Source: Candidatus Zhuqueibacterota bacterium (GTDB taxonomy: Bacteria > Zhuqueibacterota > Zhuqueibacteria > Residuimicrobiales > Oceaniaggregativiventaceae). From it: 50,180 nucleotides of DNA. The position numbers and the translations under genes are program-made. The stretch is taken from positions 1 through 50,180 of the forward strand of contig JAFGJN010000161.1 of assembly GCA_016929055.1 (NCBI GenBank), in the 5' to 3' direction. Numbering within the stretch: the stretch's first letter is position 1; each line of letters starts with the position of its first letter. The notes below the pieces were generated by a model that was not told where the DNA came from, ran no database searches, and was given only the letters and a program-made list of their open reading frames with translations. Of the stretch, positions 49,101-50,180 are shown one piece after another.

Positions 49101-50180
49101 CCCTGCTGGTCATCGATACCCTGACACCCCTTCTCAAAGCCTTTTCAAATCACGGCGACACACTTTTGCACATGAATGCCCTGAACTTGCGCGCTCGGGC
49201 TCTGGAAGAATTGGGCAATTTGCATTCAGCCCTGGCAGACCGACAGTCCCTGTATCAGCTCCAGTTATTAACTGAAAAGCATCCGTGGGGTCGTGTTTAT
49301 CTGGATCTGGCCCGCCTCCATTTTCGCATGGGAGATATTCGTTCCGATTATTTACAGCGCGCTTTGGGTGATGAGGATGACGGGGTTCAGGTGGCCGCCG
49401 AAATGCTGCAGGCGGAAATAGATTTGCAGCTCGAACGTCCGAAAATGGCTTTGCAGCGGCTTCAGGATCTCCATCATCGTCTGTCCGGACGCGCCCTGGG
49501 TGATCTTTATGACCTCGAGGCCCGTATTCGGGTTCGGCAGGGTTTGCTGGAATTCGCTTTGCAGAGTCTTCAACTCGCCGCCGATACTGACTCGACCGAT
49601 ATCGCTTTGCTCTTTGATCGCATGGCAAATTACGCGCTTTTGGCCCATGCCATGAATGAACAATCAGCTGCACTTGAGGCGGTCGATAAATGCCGTGACC
49701 TGGCTTTTGCTCTGGCCGAGCCGGTACGCGATTTGGTTTATCGTTTTATTTTTTTAATGATTCAAGAAAGCGATTCATCTGCCGCAAACAAGATCTCTGC
49801 CTGGAAAAAATTGAGTGAGGATGCGCAGGCACTAGCCCTTCCGGAGATTGTCTGGCGTTGTTCGATGGAGACGCTTGTCGTTTTGCCGCCAGAAAAGAGA
49901 GCGGCAGAGTTTGAAAAAGCGATGACCTTTCTACAGGATTCATTCGAGGATCTAGTCGCTTTTTGGGTGTTGCGGGAGATTCGTCCGGCGCAGAAATTTT
50001 TCCATGAATGCGTTACTGAACTTTTGCAGCAAGGCCTGATGACAAAAGCCTGGCGTATCAGCAGCCAGGCGATGGCTCACGAATTTAGACAGGCCAACGC
50101 CAAGCGACCGATGGTTTTCGCGAATGGAGACGAGAATTTTGCCTGGAACTCGTTGGTACGCGCCCGCGAAGAATTCAATC
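43127..50180 (+). CDS. Giant exported protein (>2350 aa, 3'-truncated): PD40/TolB-like propeller, TPR array, degenerate CHAT domain, second TPR array
   Basis: I hand-translated segments from ATG 43127. They show a signal-like N-terminus, repeats PRVSSDGKWVAY, PAWGPDSRTLVF, PTVSPDGKKIAW, PAWSP and PSWS, TPRs, and a CHAT-like VVLIPD..L..YPW region. No ORF in this frame closes in the supplied track, consistent with run-off. Confidence 0.9.
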   Translation, partial: MSANYRKNFLQPVVLILLYAFSTRAMPVSLQEPLQVTTHPDIDLTPRVSSDGKWVAYVNRQAANYDIWITSTSGGRSHQITFHKADDLYPAWGPDSRTLVFVSQRSDAAGDIYRLKLRQVGDRLVPRGEPEQITFYRGYDGYPTVSPDGKKIAWVSDRSGREELWFFNYNTSKTLQLTFLGGTHPAWSPVQDLLAFTSFRGSDRNQGDIYLIHLKGPRPTLADAPLSDNREYPTYQLTRGTALDGFPSWSLDAKALFFLRYDRDSNADGIISPADVGNIWRADVHEFPQAAVERDSLYPGLNRSFNLRLISNAYPLTWSMVQQLQPWGGADDRVYFSSNEKGNLDVWSVPMDGIVPLMDFVGDQFSLAQTIELPDGLAPSGSTMLLTDVDPDSLNRESQQKIWNRALAFRRVIDFHGLGHPYAAAALYEQSLCLFFLGRNDQAESALETVLQRFNDNRRVAVYAEMAQLEIRSRNEAPAKRQIILRQGMAAISRKYADQERPSAEAQMAIGHLFGHEGRIDEARDSYAAVRSRFPLLRDLGAESLFRIGRLTEQQGERQEALEIYRRVWRDYPDQTRWIRAARDQILKAEDDRVLSIADRKRRLEALILAYPEDPQIVAEARLRLADLVFQQNDFEQALAAFQALERDFPESEQAHIAQIAQAQGLFKLGRSDEGYDRLNRLIEKHTEKRPEFARQARVALLQALLTTADEFKSTHEYSQASLRYQRAKDVDPRSLHAHRGYIECAYRMRRIDAVVSEYRQISANQRDNILIYALGLALSYQATEKVELDGDPGGYRADLLAESSATIARALSFDYSLVEGYLTIAFNYEMMEYHLARQKSKPKSFSRRLFESIAAPPRELYRTITFQREGKPPRYAERAIHELIKALALNDEKENSTLEAVIAMNLANNYYHLGEYGLEKAYEYYRIKLANDTTFTDPRREALIYERLGHASLVVRDYENGSRYLRRAIDLYGRLERPDKVYLCTKRLALLYQDAHEPQSAIEQFILAAEYEGKNRRQSELMISLRSIAYNYLVDGQIDKAIVYARQALELIDSGRVKTVEHEAKRIQLGFLGLYAPLPFVDLTPVGSARVHGLTTRDERALIYSILGSSYRELKSYSAAIDYLQKKLEIFSDEKDPYAEAAFLNNLGYLYHLDGNLQKARYYFERSLDVCKKHGLNHGWVTNSVNLSRAVQSEKTALIPISFGSASDLIEAEEHAVTELRLAIETFSTVFGMERQVVRAQLELGELLLNGTIRQNGDRSVGTIHHSFVQLAEAQTLLQEALNTSLRRKLQREECAANYTLGRIADRAGDAEEAYRLLSRSRWLALNLGYFDLLWRVDCLLGDVVDGIGWQRQQELGITGHPLEYYAEAIQVVESQPLIDDGQSGTELRRARQLPYLREAAFLLDLGLVDDALNAVERQRERQFRDLVPLSDFPGADEQSDEWFQSAIDYQTNINRLELSLMQLQTGSERARLKRELLATRDSYARFLKDIRRLEPQLACLIEPETVTVNAVQQNLGAGDIVLYFHDLAGIIQVWTVTSEDIDARPLSLTSAEMEQAFIADDPEARQRVSTVFSSILQRPEFQRVVLIPDPSLLIYPWTSFWMQADTLRRPLVLASSLSGLMTSLKNRRHSGTRIFLSSEEFVDRLSALDFTTFMPVRNPANNSFADQVGYLRSADIVHLKLQAEWNHLNPALSKMGFFVRGSQPAVFTPLELFALRLDAGLAILHFTSPLDARVAAESFLLLERALYCSGVNAVMILSQPESEIDDFLMRFYNVCSQQPIIPAFMEAKRGAENSSQLYGFAASTPDEVEAVYAELRSAFERAEQHSREQRWEKAIQFYQQALREARQDRDRLKTIHMGLLSAAIGTANWPLAIDSQSALLQMAQQRQNRTDIATAGFSLAVLHRRNSEEQTGRAIENQWSRFSQRYGLQIQQAEAYEYLATIAARCGNASLAIDWFEQAQKLFVALGDAKGAIRCRVELAGIALDHYREPLLVIDTLTPLLKAFSNHGDTLLHMNALNLRARALEELGNLHSALADRQSLYQLQLLTEKHPWGRVYLDLARLHFRMGDIRSDYLQRALGDEDDGVQVAAEMLQAEIDLQLERPKMALQRLQDLHHRLSGRALGDLYDLEARIRVRQGLLEFALQSLQLAADTDSTDIALLFDRMANYALLAHAMNEQSAALEAVDKCRDLAFALAEPVRDLVYRFIFLMIQESDSSAANKISAWKKLSEDAQALALPEIVWRCSMETLVVLPPEKRAAEFEKAMTFLQDSFEDLVAFWVLREIRPAQKFFHECVTELLQQGLMTKAWRISSQAMAHEFRQANAKRPMVFANGDENFAWNSLVRAREEFN

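Noticed and set aside
43127-50180. CRISPR-associated TPR-CHAT (Craspase) or gasdermin-type defence locus
   Set aside because: No cas genes, array or gasdermin in the window. The protein appears exported and the visible CHAT domain lacks its dyad. Downstream context is not visible.

Overview
Gene-dense, roughly 50% GC bacterial chromosome segment from a diderm. Gene content suggests an FCB-associated lineage such as KSB1 or Calditrichota (inference only). I found no rRNA, tRNA, CRISPR or IS element. On the minus strand at the left end are ligA, an S46 dipeptidyl-peptidase and a proline dehydrogenase. Everything from 5884 onward is on the plus strand: parA-parB-M23 peptidase-bactofilin; a 7-gene cluster resembling the core of the myxobacterial Agl-Glt machinery (two TPR proteins, a GltF-like protein, ExbB/AglR, two ExbD proteins, a TonB-like AgmX/PglI-tail protein); aspS; a coiled-coil lipoprotein and LysM pair; phoH, 7TM-HD, ybeY and corC; a membrane protein; a cold-shock protein; a GYF_2-MinD-Cys4 ATPase; ktrBA; hsp20-lon; a eukaryote-type UDP-GlcNAc pyrophosphorylase; an AsmA/YdbH-like protein; and a DUF1318 lipoprotein. 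The window ends in a giant (>2350 aa) exported TolB-propeller/TPR/CHAT protein that is missing from the supplied ORF track because it runs off the end. The two best candidates for undescribed systems are (i) the YdbH-like + DUF1318 lipoprotein + giant pseudo-caspase TPR protein locus and (ii) the Agl-Glt-like motor, which has an Asp-less ExbD, a possible AUC start codon and a glycan-binding-like tail. All family calls come from motif recognition by eye, not from database searches.
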